From the NCBI RefSeq assembly GCF_014251775.1, contig NZ_CP059199.1, positions 330,001-362,000 of the forward strand: a stretch of DNA of 32,000 nt, written 5' to 3'. Shown in pieces: positions 18,857 to 29,382 of this stretch. A program made the position numbers and the translations under genes. Source of the stretch: Candidatus Saccharimonadota bacterium. GTDB taxonomy: Bacteria > Bacteroidota > Bacteroidia > Flavobacteriales > Blattabacteriaceae. How positions within the stretch are numbered: the stretch's first letter is position 1; every line of letters begins with the position of its first letter. The notes under the pieces were generated by a model. That model did not search any database, was not told the origin of the DNA, and was given only the letters and a program-made list of their open reading frames with translations.

Positions 18857-19759
18857 TCAATATCCTATTATCAATCCATTAAAAAAAATAATCAGAACTA
18901 ATTTTTTTAATTCTTTTGTTAAATACAATTTTTCTTTTGATACAAAAATTTTAGCAATATGTTTAAATAATAAAAAATATATTATACTTAATAAAAACCA
19001 TTGATATACACTTTTATTGTTTATTAAAAATAATACAAAACTTAACAAAATAGATATTAATATTATACCTAAATGGTATATTTTTATATATCTAGGACCT
19101 AACCAAGTAGCCATTGTACGTTTTCCACTTGCTAAATCATTTTCTATGTCTCTCATATTATTAATATTTAATACAGAAACATTTAAAAATCCTATAGATA
19201 AAGATATTAAAACAATATCAATTGTTTTTGGAAAAAAAAATGTAAATAAAAAAAAACTTCCTAAGACTGATATAATTCCAAAAAAAATTAATACTGATAA
19301 ATCTCCACATCCCACTAACCAACCATACGATGGCCCTATGGAATAGCAAATTGATGCAAGAATACATAAAATTAATCCTATAAAAAAAATTAAGAAAAAA
19401 AGAATATTAAAAAAAAAAACGGTTTTATATATAAGTAAAAATCCTAATGAAAAAGATAAAATAGATAATAAATATATAGCTTTTTTTACTTGTTTTTTTA
19501 ATAGAAAACCATTAAAAATCATTTTTTTTTGAAAATTATTATTGCCATGATCTAATCCTTTTTCATAATCTCCATAATCATTAGCAATATTCGATAATAA
19601 TTGTAATGATATAGATGTAAGTATACACAACAAATATGTAATTATATTATTATTATTTGTCTTAATAAATCTAGCATGTAAATAACTTGCAGTTATTCCA
19701 GATAAAGCCAATGGTAAAGTATGAATACGAAATGCATAAATCCAATATTTTAATTTCAT
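18857..19759 (-). CDS. menA: 1,4-dihydroxy-2-naphthoate polyprenyltransferase
   Basis: 300 aa polytopic membrane protein with the UbiA-family motif NDYGDYEKG. Its start overlaps the menB stop (ATGA). Confidence 0.85.
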   Translation of the reverse strand: MKLKYWIYAFRIHTLPLALSGITASYLHARFIKTNNNNIITYLLCILTSISLQLLSNIANDYGDYEKGLDHGNNNFQKKMIFNGFLLKKQVKKAIYLLSILSFSLGFLLIYKTVFFFNILFFLIFFIGLILCILASICYSIGPSYGWLVGCGDLSVLIFFGIISVLGSFFLFTFFFPKTIDIVLISLSIGFLNVSVLNINNMRDIENDLASGKRTMATWLGPRYIKIYHLGIILISILLSFVLFLINNKSVYQWFLLSIIYFLLFKHIAKIFVSKEKLYLTKELKKLVLIIFFNGLIIGY

Positions 19760-20586
19760 AAAAATTTTTTAAATTTTTTAAAATTAGGTTTTCTCTTTTC
19801 TAAAAATGCAATTTTTCCTTCTTGCGACTCCTCCATTAAATAAAACATTAAGGTAGCATCTCCAGCTAATTGCATTAATCCATGTTGTCCATCTAGTTCT
19901 GCATTTAAACAACGTTTTATTAATCTTATTGCCATAGGACTTCTTTCTTGAATAAGATTACACCATTTAATGGTTTCTTTTTCTAATTTATTCTGGCATA
20001 CTACCTTATTAATTAACCCCATTTTTAATGCTTCATTTGCAGTATATTTCTTACATAAGAACCACATTTCTCTTGTTTTTTTTTGACCAATATGACGTGC
20101 TAAATATGAACTTCCAAATCCTCCATCAAAAGATCCAACTTTTGGACCCACTTGACTAAAAATTGCATTTTTAGAAGCTATTGTTAAATCACAAACAACA
20201 TGTAATACATGTCCTCCACCTATAGAAAATCCATTTACCATAGCTATTACTGGTTTAGATGACTCACGAATTTTTTTATAAAAATTTAAAATATTTAATC
20301 TTGGAATTCCGTCTTTTCCTAAATATCCTCCTAATCCTCTTGTATTTTGATCACCACCGGAGCAAAAATATTTTTTACCAGTTCCAGTTATAATTATAAC
20401 ATCTATATCTATCCTATTTTCACATATATTTATAGCATCTATCATTTCATTTACTGTTTGTACTCGAAATGCATTACAAACTTTTTCTCTATTAATTTCT
20501 ATTTTGGAAATTCCATTCCAATAATAAAATAAAATATCTTTATATTTTTTTACTATTTTCCAATTTATTTCAGAATTCATAAACAC
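19756..20586 (-). CDS. menB: 1,4-dihydroxy-2-naphthoyl-CoA synthase
   Basis: 276 aa with a crotonase fold. FCSGGDQ, GGGHVLH and the C-terminal [14 protein letters not shown] are typical of MenB. Confidence 0.9.
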   Translation of the reverse strand: MFMNSEINWKIVKKYKDILFYYWNGISKIEINREKVCNAFRVQTVNEMIDAINICENRIDIDVIIITGTGKKYFCSGGDQNTRGLGGYLGKDGIPRLNILNFYKKIRESSKPVIAMVNGFSIGGGHVLHVVCDLTIASKNAIFSQVGPKVGSFDGGFGSSYLARHIGQKKTREMWFLCKKYTANEALKMGLINKVVCQNKLEKETIKWCNLIQERSPMAIRLIKRCLNAELDGQHGLMQLAGDATLMFYLMEESQEGKIAFLEKRKPNFKKFKKFL

Positions 20587-20650
20587 TAAAATATAATATT
20601 GCCAATTAACAACTGATATATAACAATAATATAATTGATTAGATAATTTT

Positions 20651-21910
20651 TTAAAGAATTAAATATATATATCCAAATATATATCCAATTAATGCTATCC
20701 AACTTATTTTTTTTAGATACCAAATGAAATCAATTTTTTCCATACCCATAGCCGTAACTCCAGAAGCTGATCCAATAATAAATAAACTCCCACCAGTACC
20801 AGATACATAAGCCATAAAATGCCATAAATCATTATCAATTTTAAAAGAAGAAAACATTGCTATAGTAGCTGCTACTAAAGGAACATTATCTATAATAGAT
20901 GAAATAAATCCAAATAATAACGCGGTTATCTTCCAAGTAGGAAAAGAATATTTTATCCAATTTGAAAATTTATATAAAATCCCTAAAGATTCTAAAGAAG
21001 AAATTGATAATAAAATTCCAAAAAAAAATAATATACTAGAAAAATCTATTTTTTTTAAAATATCATCAATACAATTTTTAAATTTTTTCTTATAAATAAT
21101 AGTGCAAATTAAAAGAAGTATACCAAAAGATAACATTATCCCCATATATGGAGGAATTCCTATTATATTTTTATATATTGGAACCAATAACATTAAAATT
21201 AATCCTAATTTTAACATAAAAAATCCTATTTTAATATTCTCTTTTGATAGGTTATTATTTTTCACATAATGTATATTTCCACGAAAAATAGGAATGTAAC
21301 TACCTATAAATGTTGATATTGCCATACATATAATAGATGGAATAAATAGTTTTTTTATGAGCAAAAAAGTGGTTACTTTTTTTGAAATCCATAACATTGT
21401 GGTAGTAATATCACCAATAGGAGACCAAACACCTCCCGCATTTGCGGCTATAATTATAATTCCTAAATAATATAAACGTTCTTTATAATTTGGAATTATT
21501 TTTCTTAAAAGAGAAATTAATACTATAGTAGTTGTTAGATTATCTATTATTGCAGATAAAAAAAAAGATATAATACTTAATTTCCATAATAATTTTCGTT
21601 TACTTTTGGTATATAAAAGTTCTTTAAGAGCTTCAAAAGCAAAAAAATTTTCTATAACTAAAATAATAGCCATAGCTCCAATAATAAAAAATATAATTTC
21701 AGATGCCTTTCCTAAATGAATTAATAATAAATCATATGATTTTTTTTTAATTAATAAATTATTGACTAATTCATAAACAGGAATATTAAAATATATTATT
21801 AACGACCAAGTTATAATAGCCATTAAAATAGATGGAATTATTTTATTCAAGAAAATAATATTTCCAAATGCAATAAGTAAATATCCAATAATAAAAATTA
21901 GGATTACCAT
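20651..21910 (-). CDS. NhaD/ArsB-superfamily ion transporter (putative Na+/H+ antiporter)
   Basis: 419 aa with about 11-12 predicted TM helices. DNLTTT and [10 protein letters not shown] resemble NhaD-type antiporters. Substrate cannot be assigned from sequence. Confidence 0.6.
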   Translation of the reverse strand: MVILIFIIGYLLIAFGNIIFLNKIIPSILMAIITWSLIIYFNIPVYELVNNLLIKKKSYDLLLIHLGKASEIIFFIIGAMAIILVIENFFAFEALKELLYTKSKRKLLWKLSIISFFLSAIIDNLTTTIVLISLLRKIIPNYKERLYYLGIIIIAANAGGVWSPIGDITTTMLWISKKVTTFLLIKKLFIPSIICMAISTFIGSYIPIFRGNIHYVKNNNLSKENIKIGFFMLKLGLILMLLVPIYKNIIGIPPYMGIMLSFGILLLICTIIYKKKFKNCIDDILKKIDFSSILFFFGILLSISSLESLGILYKFSNWIKYSFPTWKITALLFGFISSIIDNVPLVAATIAMFSSFKIDNDLWHFMAYVSGTGGSLFIIGSASGVTAMGMEKIDFIWYLKKISWIALIGYIFGYIYLIL

Positions 21911-21937
21911 TAATTTATTTTCAATAAAAAATTTATG

Positions 21938-23224
21938 TTAAAAATCCCATTTTGAATAACATGAATTTTTTCCAATTTCTTCTTCGATACGTAATAACTC
22001 ATTATATTTAGAAGTTCTTTCAGAACGACAAATAGATCCAGTTTTTATTTGTTGTATATTAAATGCAACCGATAAATTTGATATGAAAGAATCTTCTGTA
22101 TCACCAGAACGATGAGATATAATATTTTGATATTTACTTTTTTTAGCGAAATTAATTGTTTCAATAGTCTCTGTTAATGTTCCAACTTGATTGAGTTTTA
22201 TTAAAATAGAATTAGCAATATTTCTTTCTACTCCATTTTTTAATTTATCTATTTGAGTTACAAATAAATCATCACCTACCAATTGAATTTGATCACCTAT
22301 TTCATTTGTTAATATTTTCCAACCTTTATAATCATTTTCTGCCATTCCATCTTCAATAGATATAATTGGATATTTATTAATCAAAAAAGATAAATATTCA
22401 GCATGTTCTTCCCTTGACTTTATATAGGATGTTTCAGTTTTTTTTTCAAAAATAGAATAATCGTACTTTCCATTAACGTAGAATTCACTAGCTGCACAAT
22501 CTATGGCAATAGATACATCATCATATGGTTCATAGCCAGATAAATGAATAGATTCTAATATCTGATCTAAAACCTCTTCTGCACCATTAAAATTTGGAGT
22601 GAATCCTCCTTCATCTCCTAAACTAGTTGAAATTTTTTTTTTATTTAATAAATTCTTTAATTGATAAAAAATATTATGACTAATTTTTAGAGAATCTAAG
22701 AAATTATTACATTTAATAGGAACAATCATAAATTCTTGAAAAGCTATAGAAGCATTGGAATGTTTTCCTCCATTAATAATATTTACTAATGGAATAGGCA
22801 AAAAATTAGTAAAAATTCCTCCAATATATTTATAAATAGGTAATCCTATCTCTATAGATGCTGCTTTTGCTGTTGCAATAGATACCGCTAAAATAGAATT
22901 CCCTCCTAATACTCTTTTATTATTAGTTCCATCTAAATTAATCATCAGCTTATCTATTTCAATCTGATCAAAAATTGATTTTCCAATTAATTCAGGAGCG
23001 ATCATATTTGTAACGTTATAAATAGCTTTTAATACACCATTTCCAGAAAATATATTTTTATCATTATCACGTAATTCAAATACTTCATTAGCTCCTTTAG
23101 ATGCTCCTGATGGTATAGATGCTCTTCCAATAATATTATTTGTTGTGATTAAATCTACTTCTAATGTAGGATTTCCTCTAGAATCTAATATTTGCCTAGC
23201 TTTAATATTTTTAATTCTACTCAT
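21938..23224 (-). CDS. eno: Enolase
   Basis: 428 aa. The N-terminus SRIKNIKARQILDSRGNPTLEVD, and IKLNQVGTLTETI and SHRSGDTEDSFISNLSV, are canonical. Confidence 0.95.
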   Translation of the reverse strand: MSRIKNIKARQILDSRGNPTLEVDLITTNNIIGRASIPSGASKGANEVFELRDNDKNIFSGNGVLKAIYNVTNMIAPELIGKSIFDQIEIDKLMINLDGTNNKRVLGGNSILAVSIATAKAASIEIGLPIYKYIGGIFTNFLPIPLVNIINGGKHSNASIAFQEFMIVPIKCNNFLDSLKISHNIFYQLKNLLNKKKISTSLGDEGGFTPNFNGAEEVLDQILESIHLSGYEPYDDVSIAIDCAASEFYVNGKYDYSIFEKKTETSYIKSREEHAEYLSFLINKYPIISIEDGMAENDYKGWKILTNEIGDQIQLVGDDLFVTQIDKLKNGVERNIANSILIKLNQVGTLTETIETINFAKKSKYQNIISHRSGDTEDSFISNLSVAFNIQQIKTGSICRSERTSKYNELLRIEEEIGKNSCYSKWDF

Positions 23225-23654
23225 TATTAATCTTTTTTTTCTTACTTCTTCTTGTTTTTTTAGATTTTATATTTTTTTTAGAATCATAAAAATTTTCATT
23301 AAAATCTACTAATTCTATGAAAGAAATTATTGATTTATCCCCCAAACGATATCCAACTTTCAATATTCTAGTATATCCTCCTGGACGTTCTCTGACTTTT
23401 TTAAAAGTATCCTTAAATAACTCTAAAACTGCTTTTTTATCTCTTAAATAAGAAAAAATAATTCTTCTAGAATGATTAGAATCTATTTTAGATTTAGTAA
23501 TAATAGGTTCAATAAACTTTCTTAAAACTTTAGAAATAGTTAAAGTAGTAAATACTCTTTTTTTTTTAATTAAAGAAGAAGCTAAATTAGAAAGTAAAGA
23601 TTTCCTATGTCCATATTTCCTACCTATAGACTTATTTTTATTTCTATGATTCAT
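23217..23654 (-). CDS. rplQ: 50S ribosomal protein L17
   Basis: 145 aa. MNHRNKNKSIGRKYGHRKSLLSNLASSLI and RPGGYTRILK are L17 signatures. It overlaps the eno start by 8 nt. Confidence 0.9.
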   Translation of the reverse strand: MNHRNKNKSIGRKYGHRKSLLSNLASSLIKKKRVFTTLTISKVLRKFIEPIITKSKIDSNHSRRIIFSYLRDKKAVLELFKDTFKKVRERPGGYTRILKVGYRLGDKSIISFIELVDFNENFYDSKKNIKSKKTRRSKKKKINNE

Positions 23655-23677
23655 AATATAATACTACTTTGATTTAG

Positions 23678-24694
23678 TTATTTGTCTCCGTTTTTATTAT
23701 AATTCAATTTATATTCTAAAGTTTTCATTCCAAAATATAATTCTTTTTCCTTCATTTTTTTTTCTAATTCAAATAACGATTTTTTACCAAAATTTCTCAT
23801 TTTTAATAAACTATTTTTATTACAATTTACTAATTCTTCTACAGTATTTATCGAAGCCAATCTTAAACAATTTTTTGTACGAACAGATAAATCCATATCA
23901 CTTAATCGTGACTTCAATAAAGTCCTCATTTTCAAATATTCTTCGTTATATTTTCTTTTATTTTTACCGACTATATCTTTTTCTTTTTTATCAATTTTTT
24001 CATTTGAAAAAATTGATAAATATTTAATTAATATTCCTGAAGCCTCCATTAATGCTTGTTTAGGAGATATAGAACCATCAGTCTTTATTTCTAAAGATAA
24101 TTTTTCAAAATCAGTTTTTTGTCCTACTCTACAATTTTCTACTTTATATTTAACATTTTTAATAGGAGTATAAATAGAATCTATAGGAATTAAACCAATT
24201 ACTGAATCAAAATTTTTTTTATTTTCTTCTGCTGGGACGTATCCTCTACCAACTTCAATAGTGAAACTCATCTTTAAAATGACTGAATCTTCTTTATTAC
24301 AAATAATTAAATCATCATTTAAAATAATAAATCCAGAAATAAATTTATTTAAAATTTTACCTGTTATAATTTCTCCTTGATCAATAAAAATATTTACTAT
24401 TTCTTTTTCGACTCCTGAAACAATCTGTTTAAAACGAATTTTTTTTAAATTTAGAATTATTTCAGTTACATCTTCAGCTACTCCTTCTATAGTAGAAAAT
24501 TCATATTTTACTCCAGAAATTTTTAAAGAAGTAATAGCGTATCCTTTCAAAGATCCTAATAATATTCTTCTCAATGAATTACCTAAAGTAATTCCGTAAC
24601 CTGGTTCTAATGGTTTTAGATGAAAAATACTACTATTATCTGAATTTTCAGAAACTAAAATTTTATCAGGTTTAACAAAGTCTAAAATTGCCAT
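23678..24694 (-). CDS. rpoA: DNA-directed RNA polymerase subunit alpha
   Basis: 338 aa. Has the N-terminal domain LEPGYGITLGNSLRRILL and a C-terminal domain (DLSVRTKNCLRLASINTVEELV). Confidence 0.95.
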   Translation of the reverse strand: MAILDFVKPDKILVSENSDNSSIFHLKPLEPGYGITLGNSLRRILLGSLKGYAITSLKISGVKYEFSTIEGVAEDVTEIILNLKKIRFKQIVSGVEKEIVNIFIDQGEIITGKILNKFISGFIILNDDLIICNKEDSVILKMSFTIEVGRGYVPAEENKKNFDSVIGLIPIDSIYTPIKNVKYKVENCRVGQKTDFEKLSLEIKTDGSISPKQALMEASGILIKYLSIFSNEKIDKKEKDIVGKNKRKYNEEYLKMRTLLKSRLSDMDLSVRTKNCLRLASINTVEELVNCNKNSLLKMRNFGKKSLFELEKKMKEKELYFGMKTLEYKLNYNKNGDK

Positions 24695-24703
24695 TTTTAT
24701 ACT

Positions 24704-25315
24704 TTATTTTGAATATAATTCTACTATTAGTTGTTCTTTGATATTTTCTGGAATTTGATTTCTACTTGGTAAAAAGACCAATGTTCCAATCATATTTTTT
24801 TCATCAAAAGATAACCATTCTACCAAAATATTTTTATTTTGATTAATAGAATCAACTATAACAGGATGTTTTTTTGAACCTTTTTTTATTCCAATTTTAT
24901 CGCCTTTTTTTAATCTAAAAGATGGAATATTCACCACTTTTTCATTAACAGTAATATGTTTATGACTGACTATTTGACGAGCAGAGCATCTAGATGGTGA
25001 AAATCTCAACCTAAATACTACGTTATCTAAACGACTTTCACAAAATTGTAAAAGTAATTCTCCAGTAATCCCCTTTTTCTTTGAAGCTTCTAAGTATAAT
25101 CTTTCAAACTGACGTTCTAAAATACCATAAGTGTATTTAGCTTTTTGTTTTTCTAATAATTGAATTAAATATTCTGAACGTTTTCCTTTCCTTCTAAAAG
25201 GACTACTATGTTCACTTGTTATATATTTTCGTCTATTAAAATATTTATCTTCTCCAAAAATAGATTCTCCTAATCTTCTAGAAATTTTAGTCTTAGGTCC
25301 AATATATCTTGCCAT
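24704..25315 (-). CDS. rpsD: 30S ribosomal protein S4
   Basis: The canonical N-terminus MARYIGPKTKISRRLG begins at the ATG at 25315. The 16-codon upstream extension in the ORF track (to 25363) overlaps rpsK and is not homologous to S4. Confidence 0.9.
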   Translation of the reverse strand: MARYIGPKTKISRRLGESIFGEDKYFNRRKYITSEHSSPFRRKGKRSEYLIQLLEKQKAKYTYGILERQFERLYLEASKKKGITGELLLQFCESRLDNVVFRLRFSPSRCSARQIVSHKHITVNEKVVNIPSFRLKKGDKIGIKKGSKKHPVIVDSINQNKNILVEWLSFDEKNMIGTLVFLPSRNQIPENIKEQLIVELYSK

Positions 25316-25328
25316 AATAAAAATTTTT

Positions 25329-25736
25329 TTATACTCTTCTTCTTTTAGGTGGTCTACATCCATTATGAGGTAATGGTGTAATATCTTTAATCATAGTTAC
25401 TGCAATTCCAGCATTACTTAATGCTCTTATCGCAGCATCTCTACCAGCTCCAGGTCCTTTTACTTTTACTTCCACTTTTTTTAATCCAGCATTTAATCCT
25501 TTTTTTGCTACATTTTCTGCAGTTTTTTGTGCGGCATAAGGTGTATTTTTTTTAGATCCTTTAAAATTCATTTTACCAGCAGAACCCCAAGCTATAACAT
25601 CACCATTTTTATTTGTTAAAGTAATAATGATATTATTAAAACTAGACTGTATATGAGCTATCCCTACTGAGTCTACTACAATTGAATTTTTTTTCTTTTT
25701 TTTTTCTCTATTACTTCCAATAGATAATTTTCCCAT
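25329..25736 (-). CDS. rpsK: 30S ribosomal protein S11
   Basis: 135 aa. [30 protein letters not shown] and the C-terminal [16 protein letters not shown] are canonical. Confidence 0.95.
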   Translation of the reverse strand: MGKLSIGSNREKKKKKNSIVVDSVGIAHIQSSFNNIIITLTNKNGDVIAWGSAGKMNFKGSKKNTPYAAQKTAENVAKKGLNAGLKKVEVKVKGPGAGRDAAIRALSNAGIAVTMIKDITPLPHNGCRPPKRRRV

Positions 25737-25753
25737 ATATTTCTATTTTATAT

Positions 25754-26134
25754 TTATTTGATAACTTTTCTTTTATTTGCTACAGTCTTTTTTTTACCTT
25801 TTCTTGTTCTACAATTATTTTTAGTTTTTTGCCCTCTTAAAGGTAGACCTTTCCTATGCCTAATTCCTACATAACAACCAATATCTATAAGTTGTTTAAT
25901 ATTAAACTGAATTTCAGATCTCAATTCACCTTCAATTTTTATATTATTTGAAATATATTGACGTATTTTGCTAGTTTCTTCATCAGTCCAATCTTTTACC
26001 TTTTTATTCACATCTATTTTGACATAATTTAATATCTCTTTTGATATATTTTTTCCAATACCATAAAGGTAAGTAAGACCAATTATTCCTCTTTTATTTA
26101 AAGGAATTTCTACACCTGAAATCCTAACTGCCAT
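25754..26134 (-). CDS. rpsM: 30S ribosomal protein S13
   Basis: 126 aa. [15 protein letters not shown]...GIGK and [19 protein letters not shown] are canonical. Confidence 0.95.
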   Translation of the reverse strand: MAVRISGVEIPLNKRGIIGLTYLYGIGKNISKEILNYVKIDVNKKVKDWTDEETSKIRQYISNNIKIEGELRSEIQFNIKQLIDIGCYVGIRHRKGLPLRGQKTKNNCRTRKGKKKTVANKRKVIK

Positions 26135-26156
26135 AAAAATTCTTAATTATTAAAAA

Positions 26157-26273
26157 TTATCCCTGTTTTTGTTTGAATTTAGGATTTTTTTTATTAATAA
26201 TTCTTAAACAACCTTTCCTGCTAACAATTATGCAATTATTAGTTCTTTTTTTTAGAGATGCTTTTATTTTCAT
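26157..26273 (-). CDS. rpmJ: 50S ribosomal protein L36 (not in the supplied ORF track)
   Basis: Hand translation of the minus strand gives MKIKASLKKRTNNCIIVSRKGCLRIINKKNPKFKQKQG*, 38 aa. This is the Bacteroidota-type L36 pattern, in the canonical infA-rpmJ-rpsM slot. Confidence 0.85.
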   Translation of the reverse strand: MKIKASLKKRTNNCIIVSRKGCLRIINKKNPKFKQKQG

Positions 26274-26301
26274 ACATAAAATATTTTTACAATAATATCA
26301 A

Positions 26302-26517
26302 TTAATATCTATAAGTTATTCTCCCTCTCTCTAAATCATAAGATGACATTTCTAATCTTACTTTATCTCCAGGTAAAATTTTTATATAATGCATTCTCAT
26401 CTTACCAGAGATATGAGCTTTTATTATACAACCATTTTCTAATTTCACTCTAAACATAGCATTTGGAGATGAATCTATAATAGTTCCATCTATCTCTATA
26501 TGTTTTTGCTTTGTCAT
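26302..26517 (-). CDS. infA: Translation initiation factor IF-1
   Basis: [71 protein letters not shown] is a typical 71-aa IF-1. The 19-codon hydrophobic extension upstream in the ORF track is rejected. Confidence 0.9.
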   Translation of the reverse strand: MTKQKHIEIDGTIIDSSPNAMFRVKLENGCIIKAHISGKMRMHYIKILPGDKVRLEMSSYDLERGRITYRY

Positions 26518-26591
26518 TAATAACGTATTTTTAATAATTAATTGATATATTAATAATACACTTAAAAAGTGCAATTAATATACATAAAAAA

Positions 26592-28001
26592 TTACAATTT
26601 ATTATAATAATTAAAATTACTATTATTCATCATTATTTCATCATAATGATGATTTAATAAATAAATATTAATTTGTTGATACATATCTAATATCACCCCG
26701 ACTACTATTAATAGTGATGTACCACCATAAAATAAAGAAAAATTATGAGTTACTCCCATTTTAAAAACCATAGATGGTAATATAGCTATAATAGCTAATA
26801 AAATAGAACCAGGTAAAGTAATATATGATAATACATGATCTATATATTTAACAGTATCTATTCCAGGTTTTATCCTAGGTATATATCCACCATTTCTTTT
26901 TAAATCATTAGCTATTTGATTTACTGGAATTGTAATTGCTGTATAAAAAAAAGTAAAAATTATTACCAATATAGTTATAGTTAAATTATACCATAACCCA
27001 TAAATATCTTGAAATATACGAAAAATTTTTTTTATATTTTCATTTTCTAGATAATCGTAAAAAGTCATAGGTAATAACATAATAGCTTGAGAAAATATTA
27101 ATGGCATCACTCCTACCGCAATAATTTTTAATGGAATAAATTGATATTTTTTATTTATAAGATAATGATTATGATTATTGCTATTACTATCTAATGATTT
27201 ATAATAATGAGATACATATTGAACAGGAATTTTTCTAACTGCTTTTATAATTATTATAGATAATAAAATAACTAATAACCATAAAAAAAATTCTAAAAAT
27301 AATATTATCCAACCTCTACTACCTAAATTTAATTTAAAAATTATTTCTTTAGTAATAGCGTTTGGAAAACGTGATATAATTCCAGAAACTATAATTAAAG
27401 ATACCCCATTACCTATTCCTTTATCAGTAATTTGATCACCTAACCATATAGTAAATATAGTTCCTGAAGTTAAAATAATTATTCCTAATATAAAAAATAT
27501 AAATTGACCATAAACAGAATTTATATTTATTAAATAAATAGAATGATAAAAAGAAGAAAAAGGAATTAATCCCCTAGTTAATGAAATTAGATAAATAGGA
27601 GATTGTATTAAACAAACAATTAAAGTCAACCATCTTGTAATAAAAGAAATTTTTCTTTTTCCAACCTCTCCTTCTTTTTGAATTCTATATAATCTTGGAA
27701 AAATTATGCACATTAATTGCATCATTATAGAAGAGGATATATATGGCATAATTCCTAAGGCTAAAATTGATGCACGATTAAAAGCACCTCCAGTGAAAGA
27801 AGATAAAATCTGCATCAATCCTTTTGACCTAAAAAAATAAAATTTTTCTAACAAATTATTAATTTCTAAAGGATTAATACCAGGAATAGGAACATATGAA
27901 CCAAAACGATATGCTAATAATAATATTAATGTTGTTATTATTTTGATTCTTAGTTCTTTAATATACCAAATATTACAAATTTTTTTAAAAAAATTCTTCA
28001 C
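26592..28001 (-). CDS. secY: Preprotein translocase subunit SecY
   Basis: 469 aa, 10-TM topology. ALGIMPYISSSIMMQL and GGYIPRIKPG are conserved SecY motifs. It sits in the operon position after rplO. Confidence 0.95.
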   Translation of the reverse strand: MKNFFKKICNIWYIKELRIKIITTLILLLAYRFGSYVPIPGINPLEINNLLEKFYFFRSKGLMQILSSFTGGAFNRASILALGIMPYISSSIMMQLMCIIFPRLYRIQKEGEVGKRKISFITRWLTLIVCLIQSPIYLISLTRGLIPFSSFYHSIYLININSVYGQFIFFILGIIILTSGTIFTIWLGDQITDKGIGNGVSLIIVSGIISRFPNAITKEIIFKLNLGSRGWIILFLEFFLWLLVILLSIIIIKAVRKIPVQYVSHYYKSLDSNSNNHNHYLINKKYQFIPLKIIAVGVMPLIFSQAIMLLPMTFYDYLENENIKKIFRIFQDIYGLWYNLTITILVIIFTFFYTAITIPVNQIANDLKRNGGYIPRIKPGIDTVKYIDHVLSYITLPGSILLAIIAILPSMVFKMGVTHNFSLFYGGTSLLIVVGVILDMYQQINIYLLNHHYDEIMMNNSNFNYYNKL

Positions 28002-28056
28002 TAATTTTATAATTATTTATTCTTAATTTTTTTATTTAAAAATTAGAAAATAAACA

Positions 28057-28497
28057 TTAGGATAAATGTATTTCACCACCTGAATCTTTAATTTTTTTTA
28101 AAGCACTTTTAGTACATTTTTTAACAAAAAAAATTATTGATCTATTTAGATTTCCTCTTCCTAAAATTTTAATAGACATATTTTTTTTTATCAATCTTTT
28201 TTTGATTAAAGTTTCTTTACAAACGATTTCTCTTTCTTTAAAATATCCTTTATCAATGAATTTTTGTATAAAATCTAAATTAATCTCAATAAATTTTTTT
28301 CTAAAAGATCTTTTGAATCCAAATTTTGGAATTCTTCTATGTAAAGGCATTTGTCCACCTTCAAATCCTATTTTTTTAGAAAATCCTGATCTTGATTTAT
28401 CTCCTTTATTTCCTCTTCCACATGTTCCTCCTTTTCCGGAACCTTGACCTCTTCCTAATCTAATTTTTTTTCTTGAATTAAAATCCATTATGTACAT
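28057..28497 (-). CDS. rplO: 50S ribosomal protein L15
   Basis: GRGQGSGKGGTCGRGNKGDKSRSG is the glycine-rich L15 N-terminal motif. The start could be the ATG at 28497 or at 28488, and both overlap the rpsE 3' end. Confidence 0.9.
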   Translation of the reverse strand: MYIMDFNSRKKIRLGRGQGSGKGGTCGRGNKGDKSRSGFSKKIGFEGGQMPLHRRIPKFGFKRSFRKKFIEINLDFIQKFIDKGYFKEREIVCKETLIKKRLIKKNMSIKILGRGNLNRSIIFFVKKCTKSALKKIKDSGGEIHLS

Positions 28498-29023
28498 TTT
28501 TGATACTAATTCCTCTTTCTTTAGCTACAAAATTTGAATCTCTTATTTTACTAAGTGCTTTAATAGTAGCTTTAATAATATTATGGTGATTGGACGATCC
28601 TTTAGATTTTGATAAAACATTTCTTAATCCTGATGCTTTTAAAACTGATCTTAAAGTTCCACCTGCTATAATTCCAGTTCCATCTGAAGCAGGAATTATA
28701 AGAACTTTAGCTCCACCATATTTAGCTTCTTGTTTATGTGGAACTGTTCCATTTAAAATACAAATTTTTCGTATACTTCTTTTAGCTTGTTCTCCGGCTT
28801 TTCTAATTGCATCTGGAGCATCTTTTGATTTACCAAATCCATATCCTACATATCCACTTTCATTTCCTTTAATCACTACAGCACTAAAACTAAAATATCT
28901 TCTACCTTTAGTTACTTTACATACTCTTGTTACCCCAATTAATTTTTCTTTTAATTCTAAACCTAAATATTTTGTTTTCTTTTCTCTATTTTTATTTATA
29001 AAAAAATTTTTTTGTGCTATCAT
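28478..29023 (-). CDS. rpsE: 30S ribosomal protein S5
   Basis: 181 aa. VTRVCKVTKGRRYFSFSAVVIKGNESGYVGYGFGKSKDAPDAIRKA and GTGIIAGGTLRSVLKASG are canonical. Confidence 0.95.
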   Translation of the reverse strand: MIAQKNFFINKNREKKTKYLGLELKEKLIGVTRVCKVTKGRRYFSFSAVVIKGNESGYVGYGFGKSKDAPDAIRKAGEQAKRSIRKICILNGTVPHKQEAKYGGAKVLIIPASDGTGIIAGGTLRSVLKASGLRNVLSKSKGSSNHHNIIKATIKALSKIRDSNFVAKERGISIKNVHNGF

Positions 29024-29028
29024 GATAT

Positions 29029-29346
29029 TTAAATTTTTATTCCGGTATGTCTAATGCCATCAACTAACGATTTTACTCTACCATGATATAAATATTTACC
29101 TTTATCGAAAACTAATTTATCTAAATTTAATTTTTTAGCTTTAAATCCTAATAATTTCCCCACTTCATAAGATTGTTTTACTTTATTATTTTTTTTTACT
29201 TCTTTTTCAAGAGAAGAAGAAGAAATTAAAGTTTTACTAGAAATATCATCTATTATTTGAGCATAAATTTGTTTATTACTTCTAAAAACTGATATTCTAA
29301 GTCTATTTTTTTTACCTAAAATTTTTTTTCTAAATTTTTTTTTCAT
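29029..29346 (-). CDS. rplR: 50S ribosomal protein L18
   Basis: 105 aa. RLRISVFRSNKQIYAQIIDD and YHGRVKSLVDGIRHTG are canonical. Confidence 0.9.
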   Translation of the reverse strand: MKKKFRKKILGKKNRLRISVFRSNKQIYAQIIDDISSKTLISSSSLEKEVKKNNKVKQSYEVGKLLGFKAKKLNLDKLVFDKGKYLYHGRVKSLVDGIRHTGIKI

Positions 29347-29382
29347 CTATTTTTATAAAAATTAGATATAAAGTTAAAAAAC

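Noticed and set aside
25316-25363. 16-codon N-terminal extension of rpsD ([16 protein letters not shown]) given by the ORF track
   Set aside because: The canonical S4 N-terminus MARYIGPK starts at 25315. The extension overlaps the 3' end of rpsK and has no S4 homology.
26518-26574. 19-codon hydrophobic N-terminal extension of infA ([19 protein letters not shown])
   Set aside because: IF-1 is a conserved protein of about 71-72 aa, and [11 protein letters not shown] at 26517 gives exactly that length. The extension is AT-rich intergenic sequence that happens to be open.
28590-29054. 154-aa plus-strand ORF antisense to rpsE, and similar antisense ORFs at 28202-28447, 13322-13642, 12989-13210, 19017-19346, 20347-20532, 11934-12164, 12182-12406, 5295-5534, 7718-7909 and 9257-9451
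   Set aside because: Each lies entirely inside and opposite a strongly conserved gene. They have odd compositions (Pro/Phe/Leu/Ile-rich mirror translations) and no recognisable family. They are shadow ORFs.
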